Notes: generated by a model from the sequence alone, not told the origin. A stretch of DNA of 64,000 bases from Dehalococcoidales bacterium (GCA_034434915.1 DAOTYE010000023.1:42-64041); one strand, 5' to 3'; positions 1 through 8,230 are shown, counted from the first letter of the stretch. A program made the numbers and translations.

Positions 1-1068
1 AAGGTAAGGCTGAGGGTGCACGTGAAGGTCCACATGTGTGCTGAGATTGCCAGGATGCAGATAAAAGCCGGTGCCTGTGGCATTGAATTGGGAACGGTGG
101 GTGGAGCGGCGGCAATGGCGACGGAAGGAATCAACGATATTCTCATCTCCCATCCCGGGCTGTACCAGGGACAGACACTAGAGATGTTGAAAGAACTCCT
201 GCGTAAACCTGGGCTCAAGCTCGGCGTGGTGGTGGATATGCTGGAGCAGGCTGAAATTATTTCAGATGCGGGGCAGGCGCTTGGAAAGAAAGTGCCGCTA
301 ATGCTCAAAATTAACGTTAATGCCGTCATCAACGGCTTCTCACGCTTCGGCGTCCTGCCCGGCGAGCCAGCGCTGAAACTCGCCCGGGAAATCTATCAGC
401 TCCCGGGCATTGACTTCAAAGGCATTTACGCCCATGAGATGACTCTGGACGTTACTCCAGCGGGGCTGGATAAGGCAGCTTTTGAGACCGCCAAGCTCAT
501 GAGTGAGACCGCCAGACTGTTAAGAAAAGAGGGAATTCCGGTAGAGCATGTTTCCATGGGTTCGTCAGGCACCATGCGCCCTGTCTGCCGTCATTTGCAG
601 GAAGGGAAGTTTCCAGAGATAACCGAGCTTCACCCGGGGAACTTCGTCATCGGCGACCTCATCTACATGGCGGAAGGGGGCAATACACGGGAGATGTGCG
701 CCGCCACTATTTTAACAACCGTCATCAGCACCGCCGATACAAAAAAAGCAATCATTGACGCCGGGTTCAAGACCTTCGGCGCAGACTACAATGTCATGGC
801 GGCTAAGGACCCCGGCTATTTCTGGAACGGCTTGCCCAACTTCGGCGCGGTGCAGGGTCGCCCAGACCTGCGCTGCGGATTTCTTGCTGCTGAGACCGGA
901 CTGGTGTTTTACACCGAGCCGCAGAAAAAGCTCAGCTTAGGAGAGAGAATAGAGATTGTGCCGAACAATGCCACCCTCGCCATCAGCATGCACGACCAGA
1001 TATACGGCGTGAGGAACGGAGTGGTGGAGAAGGTATTCACCGTTACCGGGAGAAAAGCCGGCTATTAG
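1..1068 (+). CDS. Fold-type III PLP enzyme, D-threonine aldolase / D-serine dehydratase-like (alanine racemase N-terminal domain family); 5' end cut by window edge
   Basis: Frame is open from base 1 (KVRLRVHVKVH...). It is colinear with the paralogue at 1096-2253, including the H-V-K-V-H PLP-lysine block, 'GRPDL..G..AAE' and 'ERIEIVPNN' near the C-terminus. Confidence 0.7.
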   Translation, partial: KVRLRVHVKVHMCAEIARMQIKAGACGIELGTVGGAAAMATEGINDILISHPGLYQGQTLEMLKELLRKPGLKLGVVVDMLEQAEIISDAGQALGKKVPLMLKINVNAVINGFSRFGVLPGEPALKLAREIYQLPGIDFKGIYAHEMTLDVTPAGLDKAAFETAKLMSETARLLRKEGIPVEHVSMGSSGTMRPVCRHLQEGKFPEITELHPGNFVIGDLIYMAEGGNTREMCAATILTTVISTADTKKAIIDAGFKTFGADYNVMAAKDPGYFWNGLPNFGAVQGRPDLRCGFLAAETGLVFYTEPQKKLSLGERIEIVPNNATLAISMHDQIYGVRNGVVEKVFTVTGRKAGY

Positions 1069-1095
1069 CTGAGTTTGAAGAGAGGTGAATACATC

Positions 1096-2253
1096 ATGAT
1101 GAATAAAGTCCCGTATCCTGAGCTTGACACCCCGGCGGTGCTTCTTGACCTGGACAGGCTTGCGGCGAATATCAAGGAGATGTCAGACTGTGCCGCTGAT
1201 GCCGGCGTCAAGCTGAGACCGCATGTAAAAGTGCATGAGAGTGCCCTCATTTCAAAGATGCAGATTGAAGCCGGTGCCTGTGGCATTGAGGTGGGTCCCC
1301 TTGACCAGGCGCTGGCGATGGCGGAAGCCGGACTGAATGATATTATCATTGCCCATCCGTTCTACGGAGAACACAAGCTGGAGAAGCTCAAGAAGCTTTT
1401 GAGTATGCCCGGTGTGAAAGTCTCTGTGGTGGTGGATATGCTGGAACAGGCAGAGGGCATCTCGCAGGTTGGGCAGGAGCTAGGGCAGAAAGTGCCGGTG
1501 ATTATCAAGGTGGAGAGCGGGGCAAACCGCTATGGCACTCCGCCCGGAGAAGAGACGGTGGCACTGGCTAAGAAGCTCAGCAGACTGCCGGGAGTCAGGT
1601 TCACCGGCATCTATGCTCACGAGGTCTATAGCGAGCCAACTCCGGATAAACAGGATGCCGCGGCAATTGAAGTGCTTGAGCTTATCAGCGCTACGGCAAA
1701 ACTTCTCAAAGAAGCAGGCTTTAAGCTTGAACATGTGAGCGTGGGGTCGTCTGCTACCTGGCGCGCCGTTTGCAGGCAGATAAAGAGCGGCGCCTTCCCT
1801 GAAGTCAATGAAATCCACCCGGGCAGTGGCATCGTGGGTGCCATGCTTCAGGTGAAGCGCTTCGCCCTGACGGAAGACCAGTGCGCGCTAACCATCATTA
1901 CCAGCGTAATGAGCACATCTCATCCGGGGCACGCTGTGATTGACGTGGGGCAAAAAACGATGGGCGAGGATTCTCTCATCAGCTTCCGGGACAGGCCCGG
2001 CTTCTTCTGGCAGAACATGCCCAGCTATGGAGCAATCAGGGGACGTCCTGACCTGCATCTGGGCGCTTTACATGCTGAGGTGTCCCGCGTGTTCTATCGC
2101 GACCCGGCGAAGAAACTGAAGCTGGGAGAGCGCCTTGAAATTATACCAAATAACCCGTTCATCGTTATCAATACCCAGGAAAAGCTTTACGGCGTGCGGA
2201 GAGGCAGAATAGAGACCATAATCCCGGTAACCGGTCGAGGAAAAGGAACATAG
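1096..2253 (+). CDS. Fold-type III PLP enzyme, D-threonine aldolase / D-serine dehydratase-like (tandem paralogue)
   Basis: ATG-ATG at 1096 follows agaggtg. 'LRPHVKVHES' is the PLP-lysine motif typical of the DSD1/D-TA family. 'GRPDLHLGALHAEVS' and 'ERLEIIPNN' are also present. The ORF-track TTG at 1075 is a less likely start. Confidence 0.75.
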   Translation: MMNKVPYPELDTPAVLLDLDRLAANIKEMSDCAADAGVKLRPHVKVHESALISKMQIEAGACGIEVGPLDQALAMAEAGLNDIIIAHPFYGEHKLEKLKKLLSMPGVKVSVVVDMLEQAEGISQVGQELGQKVPVIIKVESGANRYGTPPGEETVALAKKLSRLPGVRFTGIYAHEVYSEPTPDKQDAAAIEVLELISATAKLLKEAGFKLEHVSVGSSATWRAVCRQIKSGAFPEVNEIHPGSGIVGAMLQVKRFALTEDQCALTIITSVMSTSHPGHAVIDVGQKTMGEDSLISFRDRPGFFWQNMPSYGAIRGRPDLHLGALHAEVSRVFYRDPAKKLKLGERLEIIPNNPFIVINTQEKLYGVRRGRIETIIPVTGRGKGT

Positions 2254-2286
2254 CACGGGGTCGGGAAGGCATAAGGAGGGAAGAAA

Positions 2287-2478
2287 ATGGAAGAGAAGAA
2301 AAATGTAGGAAAGGAAAAGCGCCATTGCCCCTTTTGCGATGAGGAGATTTTGAAGGAGTCATTTCCTTTCTGTCAGGCTTGTGGTGTGGCGGTGCTCTAT
2401 TGCCCGGTGTGCCGCAAGCCGGTGTCCAAGGAAAAAGAGACCTGTCCGCATTGCGGGGCAGAAATGAAAACCAGCTAG
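2287..2478 (+). CDS. Small double zinc-ribbon protein (63 aa)
   Basis: Four CxxC pairs (CPFC, CQAC, CPVC, CPHC). SD aaggaggg lies just upstream of the ATG. Co-oriented with the DsrE-like gene and 17 nt upstream of it. Confidence 0.6.
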   Translation: MEEKKNVGKEKRHCPFCDEEILKESFPFCQACGVAVLYCPVCRKPVSKEKETCPHCGAEMKTS

Positions 2479-2495
2479 TCTTGAGGAGGTGTGAG

Positions 2496-2978
2496 ATGGC
2501 GGAGAAAGAGAAACTTACCATTGTTGTTTTCAGCGGTGACCTGGACAAAGCCCTCGCCGCATTCATCCTGGCAACCACTGGCGCCAGCATGGGCATGGAC
2601 GTGACAATGTTCTTCACTTTCTGGGGGCTCAATATTCTCAAGAAAAACGAAGGCAGGTTGAAGAGCAAGGGTCTCATGCGGAAAATGCTCAATATCATCA
2701 ACCGCGGTGGCACCAAACGGCTCACGCTGTCCAAGTTCAATTTCATGGGTCTGGGCACCTGGATGATGAAGAAACTCATGAAAGAGACCAACACGCCTTC
2801 CATTGATGAGATGATTGCCATGGCGCAGGAAATGGGCGTCAAGATGGTGCCCTGTTCCACTACCTGCGGTGTCATGGGCGTTGGTCCGGAAGCTTTCCGT
2901 AGCGAGGCTGGGAGCCTCGTTGGCGCGGCTTATTTCCTGAACGAAGCTCGTAAATCAAAAGTGACTCTTTTCATTTAG
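2496..2978 (+). CDS. DsrE/DsrF-like (DrsE_2-type) sulfur-relay family protein
   Basis: Start moved to the ATG at 2496, after SD gaggagg at 2483-2489. Motifs: 'LTIVVFSGDLDKA', 'FFTFWGL' and a conserved Cys pair 'VPCSTTCGV'. About 160 aa and adjacent to a TusA-family gene. Confidence 0.65.
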   Translation: MAEKEKLTIVVFSGDLDKALAAFILATTGASMGMDVTMFFTFWGLNILKKNEGRLKSKGLMRKMLNIINRGGTKRLTLSKFNFMGLGTWMMKKLMKETNTPSIDEMIAMAQEMGVKMVPCSTTCGVMGVGPEAFRSEAGSLVGAAYFLNEARKSKVTLFI

Positions 2979-2987
2979 GAGGCAGAT

Positions 2988-3221
2988 ATGAAGGCGGATA
3001 AGACGCTAGATTGCATGGGACTTTATTGCCCGATGCCCATTGTGAAGACGGCACAGAAGCTCAAGGAGCTTAGGACAGGGGAAGTACTTGAGGTGGTGGC
3101 TGATGATAAAGGCATCAAGCAGGACATGCCTGCCTGGTGTGAGACCACCGGACATGAGTGCCTGGGCATGGAAGAAAAAGGCGGCGAAATCAGAGTCTAC
3201 GTAAAAAAGAAGCACGATTAA
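2988..3221 (+). CDS. tusA: TusA/SirA-family sulfur carrier protein
   Basis: 77 aa. 'LDCMGLYCPMPIVKT' contains the CPxP active-site motif of the TusA/SirA family. Confidence 0.8.
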   Translation: MKADKTLDCMGLYCPMPIVKTAQKLKELRTGEVLEVVADDKGIKQDMPAWCETTGHECLGMEEKGGEIRVYVKKKHD

Positions 3222-3246
3222 GCCGTACGGGCGAAATAGAAATTGA

Positions 3247-3277
3247 GAGCCGGGGTGGTTAACCCGGCTCTTTTATT
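3247..3277 (+). terminator. Rho-independent terminator after tusA
   Basis: 8-bp stem gagccggg / cccggctc (3247-3254 / 3263-3270) with an 8-nt loop, followed by ttttatt. Confidence 0.7.
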
Positions 3278-3298
3278 CTCAGATAGGTGTGCTGGCGC

Positions 3299-3466
3299 TC
3301 ATGCTTCCGCCTCAAGTTTCTTTAGCTTGCCGTCAATCCATCCGAAGCACAGCGCCTCATTGATGGACTAGCCACGCTCCCTTTTCTTGGTCATGGGCTG
3401 TTTCAGCCACGTGCACCACTCCCGGCTGGTGGTGGAATGGGGAGCATCTTCCGGTTCAGCCGTCAT
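3299..3466 (-). pseudogene. Remnant of a YdeI/OmpD-associated-family-like gene (in-frame stop, truncated)
   Basis: Minus-strand translation is MTAEPEDAPHSTTSREWCTWLKQPMTKKRERG*SINEALCFGWIDGKLKKLEAEA*. 'EALCFGWIDG' resembles the conserved core of YdeI-type proteins. It is only 56 codons with an internal TAG. Confidence 0.35.
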
Positions 3467-3493
3467 TTGATTTCACCGCAAGCAGATTTTTTC

Positions 3494-4489
3494 CTATTTC
3501 TTCGGCAGCCAGGTCATCATGGCGCGCAGTTTCTTGCCCACGATTTCTGAGCCATGTTCGTCCTCAAGGCTGAGCAGTGTCAGATAGTTGGGATATCCCA
3601 GCTTGCCTTCCAGAATCCACTTCTGGGCAAACTCTCCGCTCTCAATTTCCTTCAGCAGTTTTCTCATCTCCGTCCGCACGGCGTCATTGATGGTGCGGTA
3701 CTGGCTGAGCATGCCGGCATACTGGGCGGTCATACTGCACCGCCGGAGCATCCCCGGCACGCCGAACGAGTTGATGAGGTCAGAGGTGGCTTTAAGCTCA
3801 TGGAAAAGCTCAAAATATGCCGCTTCCTCGCTATAGCCTGCCTCCACCAGCACCTCCCAGCCCGTCTTGATTAAGCCTATCACTCCGGCGATGATGCCGC
3901 AGTGCTCGTTAAAGAGGTCACACACCGTCTCCTCTTTGAAGGTAGTCTCAAGGACGCCTGCTTTCGTTGCCCCGATGCCCTTGGCGTATGCCAGAGCCAT
4001 CTTGAGGGCTTTGCCTGACACATCCTGGTGGACAGCCACCGCCGCCGGCGCATAAACCTTCTCGGTGAACAGCTTGCGCAAAAGGACGCCGTGGATGCGA
4101 GGCGCCACCATGACCACGTCAACATCAGGCGGTGGGGTGACCTGGTGGTAGTAGATATTGAAGCCGCTGGCGAACTGGAGCGTTTTCCCTTTCTTCAACC
4201 ACCGGGCGATGTAGTCCTGATAGACCTGGGCATGAAGGTCATCCGGGACGAGGAGGACAATGATGTCCGCCTTCTGCGCCACCTTGTCTGCGGTGAACAC
4301 CTCAAAGTCGGCTTTTTCAGCCGCTTTCCACGGCGCACTGCCCGGCACCTCGCCCACAATCACCTTACAGCCGCTGTCCCGCAGGTTCTGCGCCTGCGCA
4401 TGTCCCTGACTGCCATAGCCAATGATGCCGATGAGCTTATCTTTCAGCAGGGAAAGGTCGGCATCCTTGTCGTAATAGATTTTTGCCAT
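3494..4489 (-). CDS. ilvC: Ketol-acid reductoisomerase (class I, somewhat divergent)
   Basis: 'GIIGYGSQGHAQAQNLRDSG' is the NADP-binding motif. 'ETTFKEETVCDLFNEH' is also present. Length is 331 aa. Confidence 0.85.
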   Translation of the reverse strand: MAKIYYDKDADLSLLKDKLIGIIGYGSQGHAQAQNLRDSGCKVIVGEVPGSAPWKAAEKADFEVFTADKVAQKADIIVLLVPDDLHAQVYQDYIARWLKKGKTLQFASGFNIYYHQVTPPPDVDVVMVAPRIHGVLLRKLFTEKVYAPAAVAVHQDVSGKALKMALAYAKGIGATKAGVLETTFKEETVCDLFNEHCGIIAGVIGLIKTGWEVLVEAGYSEEAAYFELFHELKATSDLINSFGVPGMLRRCSMTAQYAGMLSQYRTINDAVRTEMRKLLKEIESGEFAQKWILEGKLGYPNYLTLLSLEDEHGSEIVGKKLRAMMTWLPKK

Positions 4490-4522
4490 GATGTTTTCCT
4501 CCTGAGGTAAATTTTTAAGGCT

Positions 4523-4552
4523 AGTTTAGTTCTTCACCTATTTGATTGTCAA
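4523..4552 (-). promoter_or_regulatory. Putative sigma70-type promoter for ilvC
   Basis: Minus strand reads TTGACA - 18 nt - TAAACT, about 30 nt upstream of the ilvC SD (aggagg) and ATG. Confidence 0.45.
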
Positions 4553-4557
4553 GCAGG

Positions 4558-5769
4558 TCACGTTCTGGCTTTTCTCATCAGGACGAGCGAAAGGAGCGAT
4601 AAACCGATGCTGATGAGAGCGACGACGTCAAACACTTTGACGATGCCATACAGGTCCATGAAATGCCCGAAGATGGGCTGGATGATGCTGATGCCCTCCA
4701 TCCCCAGCCCGAAGTAAATGCCGAAGACGGTGGCGCGGAGGTAGGGCGGCACCCTGTCCAGAAGATAGGGTTGAACAGTCGCCTGGCGCATGTAAAGCAG
4801 AAAGCTGAACAGAATAAAGACAAAGATAATTGCGGCATTGAATGGAAGAATGGTAAAAAGGTAAATCACCGGTCCGGTGGCGATGAAAGTCAGGAAAATG
4901 GCATTGGTGCGCCCCCACCGGTCTGACAGCCACCCTCCGAAGAGACTCCCGGCAATCCCACCTGTCCTGATGATGCCGATTAGCATGGCGGCGTACGTGG
5001 CGGTAACGCCGTGCTTGTCCACCAGGTAGATGGGGATAAAGGATATGACCGAGCCGCCAATGAGTTGCGTCAGCACGGCAAGGATAAAGATGATGGCGAT
5101 GGTGCGGATAATCCCGAGGATTTCAGTACTCCTGCGCGCCCGGGAAGCATTGCTGGTAGATGGCTTGCTCTCTTTTTCCTCCGGGATGTGGGCAAATTTC
5201 TTCAGAATAAAGGGTATGGCGATGAGCGACGGCAGGCTGAGGAGAATGAAGGAGAAACGCCAGCCGGTAAGCTCAGCGATGGCTCCTCCCAAAATTGGAC
5301 CGAGGGCGAAGCCGAGGCTCCCGCCCACCATGTGAAAAGCGATGGCTTTGCCTCTTTTTTCCGCCTGGAAATAGCTGGAAAGGACTGACGCTGATGAGGG
5401 GTGGTAAGCCCCGGCGAAGATGCCCATGATGATGAGCACCGCAAGCATGAAATAATAGCCCGGGCTGAGACCGACTGACAGTGTGCTCAGTCCAATTCCC
5501 GCCAGCCCGATGGAGATGACCACCTGACGCTTGAAGCGGTCACCCAGCCAGCCGCCGGGAAACTGGGAGAGTCCCGAGGTTACATTGAGCGCTGACAGCA
5601 GGAAACCTGACTGCAGGTAGCTCAGCCCCAGCCCATCCTTGATGAGCGGAAGCAAGGCGGGGAGAAGCCCGGTGGTCAAATCATGGCTGAAGTGGGTATA
5701 GGTGAAAAATGTGGCGGTGCCGCCACCCCACTGTTGAAATGTCGCCTTCAGTTTACTGAAATAGGGCAA
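4558..5769 (-). CDS. MFS transporter
   Basis: 403 aa with about 12 predicted hydrophobic helices and a 'GWLGDRFKRQ' loop motif between TM2 and TM3. Its start overlaps the stop of the upstream COG2122 gene. Confidence 0.8.
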   Translation of the reverse strand: MPYFSKLKATFQQWGGGTATFFTYTHFSHDLTTGLLPALLPLIKDGLGLSYLQSGFLLSALNVTSGLSQFPGGWLGDRFKRQVVISIGLAGIGLSTLSVGLSPGYYFMLAVLIIMGIFAGAYHPSSASVLSSYFQAEKRGKAIAFHMVGGSLGFALGPILGGAIAELTGWRFSFILLSLPSLIAIPFILKKFAHIPEEKESKPSTSNASRARRSTEILGIIRTIAIIFILAVLTQLIGGSVISFIPIYLVDKHGVTATYAAMLIGIIRTGGIAGSLFGGWLSDRWGRTNAIFLTFIATGPVIYLFTILPFNAAIIFVFILFSFLLYMRQATVQPYLLDRVPPYLRATVFGIYFGLGMEGISIIQPIFGHFMDLYGIVKVFDVVALISIGLSLLSLVLMRKART

Positions 5770-6479
5770 ATCTTAATATCCCCGTAAAAACCAATTGTTT
5801 CCCCGATGATGATAACCATTCCTCTTAACCCGTTAATCTTCTGCGCAAACTCAATGCCTTTGCTGATGTCTTCCGGTTGCTGGATGAGATTGCAGATGGC
5901 AGTCGCCGCGGCGTCAGACAGAATAGCTGAATCAGCCACGATGGTCACCGCATCTGCCCTGCCGAAGCTGAGTGAATGCCCCACCATCCCAGATGAGGTG
6001 CTGATGCCTATGGGCGTCTGTCCCGGCTCAATTTCAAAGCCAATCTTGCCTGAAAGCGGCGAGTCGCCAGCGTAAATCCCCACCACCCGCTTCTTCTGGC
6101 TTTTCAGGTAAATATCGCCGCCGTTCTCAATGATGAGCTCCGGTGTTAACGGTGCTAAATCTGTGCCGACGAACTCGGCGATGGCACCAGCGACTGCCGA
6201 CCACGGCCCAACTTTTGCCTTTGCTCCTGCTTCCGCCATGAGCTTCACGATGTGCGGAGCGTCAGCGGCAACCGGCACGGGCTCAAGAGAGGTTAGAAAA
6301 TCCTGGTGTCTGGCGATGTACCGTTCCAGCAGGTTGCGGTATTTCACCACCAGCCGCTGGACTTTGCGGGAGAGGTTGCTCGCGGCGCGGACGTATAAAT
6401 CAGTTTCCTTGACTACTACCTTGAAGGTGACTAAATCTCCGCCTTCAATCCAGCTACGGTAGGTTCTCGGCTGATACAT
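5748..6479 (-). CDS. UPF0280 / COG2122 ApbE-like protein
   Basis: Start trimmed to the ATG at 6479 (MYQPRTYRSWIEGGDLVTFKVVVKETDLYV...), 4 nt after the NIL-Fd stop. The longer ORF-track N-terminus runs antisense through the upstream gene. Family call is made from memory of UPF0280 sequences. Confidence 0.6.
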   Translation of the reverse strand: MYQPRTYRSWIEGGDLVTFKVVVKETDLYVRAASNLSRKVQRLVVKYRNLLERYIARHQDFLTSLEPVPVAADAPHIVKLMAEAGAKAKVGPWSAVAGAIAEFVGTDLAPLTPELIIENGGDIYLKSQKKRVVGIYAGDSPLSGKIGFEIEPGQTPIGISTSSGMVGHSLSFGRADAVTIVADSAILSDAAATAICNLIQQPEDISKGIEFAQKINGLRGMVIIIGETIGFYGDIKICPISVN

Positions 6480-6483
6480 AGGG

Positions 6484-6894
6484 CTAAAGGCGGGCTTCCA
6501 TGGCGCGCGGGGGGCATGCCTTGATGCACAGCCCGCAGGCAAAGCACTTTTCATTGTTGAACGTGGTCTTGCGGGTGGTGGGGTCAAGCTCAAAAGCCCC
6601 GGCAGGGCAGACGGTGATGCAGGCTCCGCAGTGGGTACACCTCGTCTCATTGCGGGTCACATCTTCGCTGAGGGGCTGGATTTGCACGCCGGCTTTGGCT
6701 AAGAATTTGATGCCTTTTTCATATTCGCTCTGCCTGCCCTTAAGCTCAAGGACGAGCAAGCCTTCCTCCTCCGGCGTTATTGAGGCTTTGAGAATATTGA
6801 ACTCAAGGTCATAGTCTTTCACCAGCCGGTAGATGACTGGCTGGTCGGCAAGCCGCTTGGGGAAGTGGATGACTACTTTTCTGGCTATAATCAT
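6484..6894 (-). CDS. NIL-domain / 2x[4Fe-4S] ferredoxin fusion protein
   Basis: The N-terminal 'PVIYRLVKDYDLEFNILKASI' is a NIL-type domain. The C-terminus has CTHCGACITVCP and CFACGLCIKACP cluster motifs. SD ggagg is present. Confidence 0.8.
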   Translation of the reverse strand: MIIARKVVIHFPKRLADQPVIYRLVKDYDLEFNILKASITPEEEGLLVLELKGRQSEYEKGIKFLAKAGVQIQPLSEDVTRNETRCTHCGACITVCPAGAFELDPTTRKTTFNNEKCFACGLCIKACPPRAMEARL

Positions 6895-6919
6895 GATAAC
6901 CTCCGTGGTGAGGCAGGCG

Positions 6920-8137
6920 TTAATCTTCTATCGGGCGTTCGTTCAGGGCTTTGGGCGTGATGCCGGCATCAGCGCCGGGCAGAGGCGCCACGGGCTCGGT
7001 CAACAGGAACTTCCCGCTCTGTATCCATTCTCTCAGAATAGTGGCGATTTCCAGTGCCTTGGAATAGCTGGAGAGAGAAGCCGTGGGCACACTCTTGCCC
7101 TGGACTTTTATCCTGCCACTCTTGAGCTGACCATAGCTGACCTCTCCCAGAATATCCGGCTTGCGCTGGGGGTAGGCGTCAGAATAATCCACGATGGCGG
7201 CAAAGATTTCCGCATCAGGCACTGCGGTGTACTGCAAAATCTCCTCAGACAAAATGGGGATAGGGATGCCTATGCCCACCGTCAGCGTTGCGCCGTAGCC
7301 CAGCATGCTGGTGCCGACAAGCCATCTTGAGCTCATCTGTTTCAGGTCGCCGATGACGGCAAGGGTGCCTGCCCCCCGTTTCGGCACGCCGTTGTCTCCG
7401 CGGGGCACGTTCGGGAAGTGCTGGGTGCCGTTCCAGGCGATATAGCCCGTGCCTCCGCCGAGGAAAATCTTCGTGCCGATGCCGATAGTTTTGTAGTGCG
7501 GGTCTTTGAGCAGGGGAGAAAGCTGACCGGCACTGCAGTAATTGGCATTGCCCAGTTGGGGCTTCAGGATGCCCATATAGGTATAAATCGTCTTGTCCGA
7601 TAGATTCACGGCGACATTGTAGTTCTGGTAGCAGTTGCGCATATTGAAGAGGACAGCTTCATTCAAGTCCCTGATGTTAATCCAGGTCTCCAGCTTCTTC
7701 CGCGGGTAGCAGTCCGTCCCGTACGCCGTGGCAATGAGCTTGATGTCCTTGCCTGAGACGAGGTCTTCAATCACATGCCCGCCGCCGTAGTTGAACTCAC
7801 CGGGGTGGAACTTGTTGCGCGGGTCATCGTCGGGCAGGGCATTGGCGCCAATCATGATGTCCGCCGCGGCAAACGCAGGATAGGCAAGGACATCATTGAG
7901 ATAGACTTTCCCACCGCCCAGCTTGATGCGTGGCTTGGCATGACCGATATTGAAATAAGCGCCCGAGGAGCACATCGGGGCGAAGGTGCCGGTGGTCACC
8001 ACGTCCACTTCCCGGGCGGCTCGGCTGACACCTTTCTTGCGGGCAATCTCAATGATTTCCTCCGCCGTAACGACAACCGCCTTGCCCGCTTTTATCTTTT
8101 CATTGATTTCTGCCAGTGTCTTCAACATAGTGGACAT
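6920..8137 (-). CDS. COG1900 (DUF39) homocysteine-biosynthesis protein
   Basis: 405 aa. 'VVVTAEEI...VDVVTTGTFAPMCSSGAYFN' and 'KVYLNDV.AY' are typical of COG1900. It lies immediately upstream of the NIL-ferredoxin gene, as in methanogens. Confidence 0.75.
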   Translation of the reverse strand: MSTMLKTLAEINEKIKAGKAVVVTAEEIIEIARKKGVSRAAREVDVVTTGTFAPMCSSGAYFNIGHAKPRIKLGGGKVYLNDVLAYPAFAAADIMIGANALPDDDPRNKFHPGEFNYGGGHVIEDLVSGKDIKLIATAYGTDCYPRKKLETWINIRDLNEAVLFNMRNCYQNYNVAVNLSDKTIYTYMGILKPQLGNANYCSAGQLSPLLKDPHYKTIGIGTKIFLGGGTGYIAWNGTQHFPNVPRGDNGVPKRGAGTLAVIGDLKQMSSRWLVGTSMLGYGATLTVGIGIPIPILSEEILQYTAVPDAEIFAAIVDYSDAYPQRKPDILGEVSYGQLKSGRIKVQGKSVPTASLSSYSKALEIATILREWIQSGKFLLTEPVAPLPGADAGITPKALNERPIED

Positions 8138-8167
8138 ATTCTAGCACTTGTGGCTCAGACCGGTCAA
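8138..8167 (-). promoter_or_regulatory. Putative sigma70-type promoter abutting the COG1900 start codon
   Basis: Minus strand reads TTGACC (8167-8162) - 18 nt - TAGAAT (8143-8138). The first ATG (8137) directly follows the -10 box and the second in-frame ATG is at 8128. Confidence 0.4.
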
Positions 8168-8230
8168 TTTAAGTTAACATAAGATTGCATTCAGTTTTAG
8201 TTGTGATGTCATTGCGAGTAATTTCTTTCT

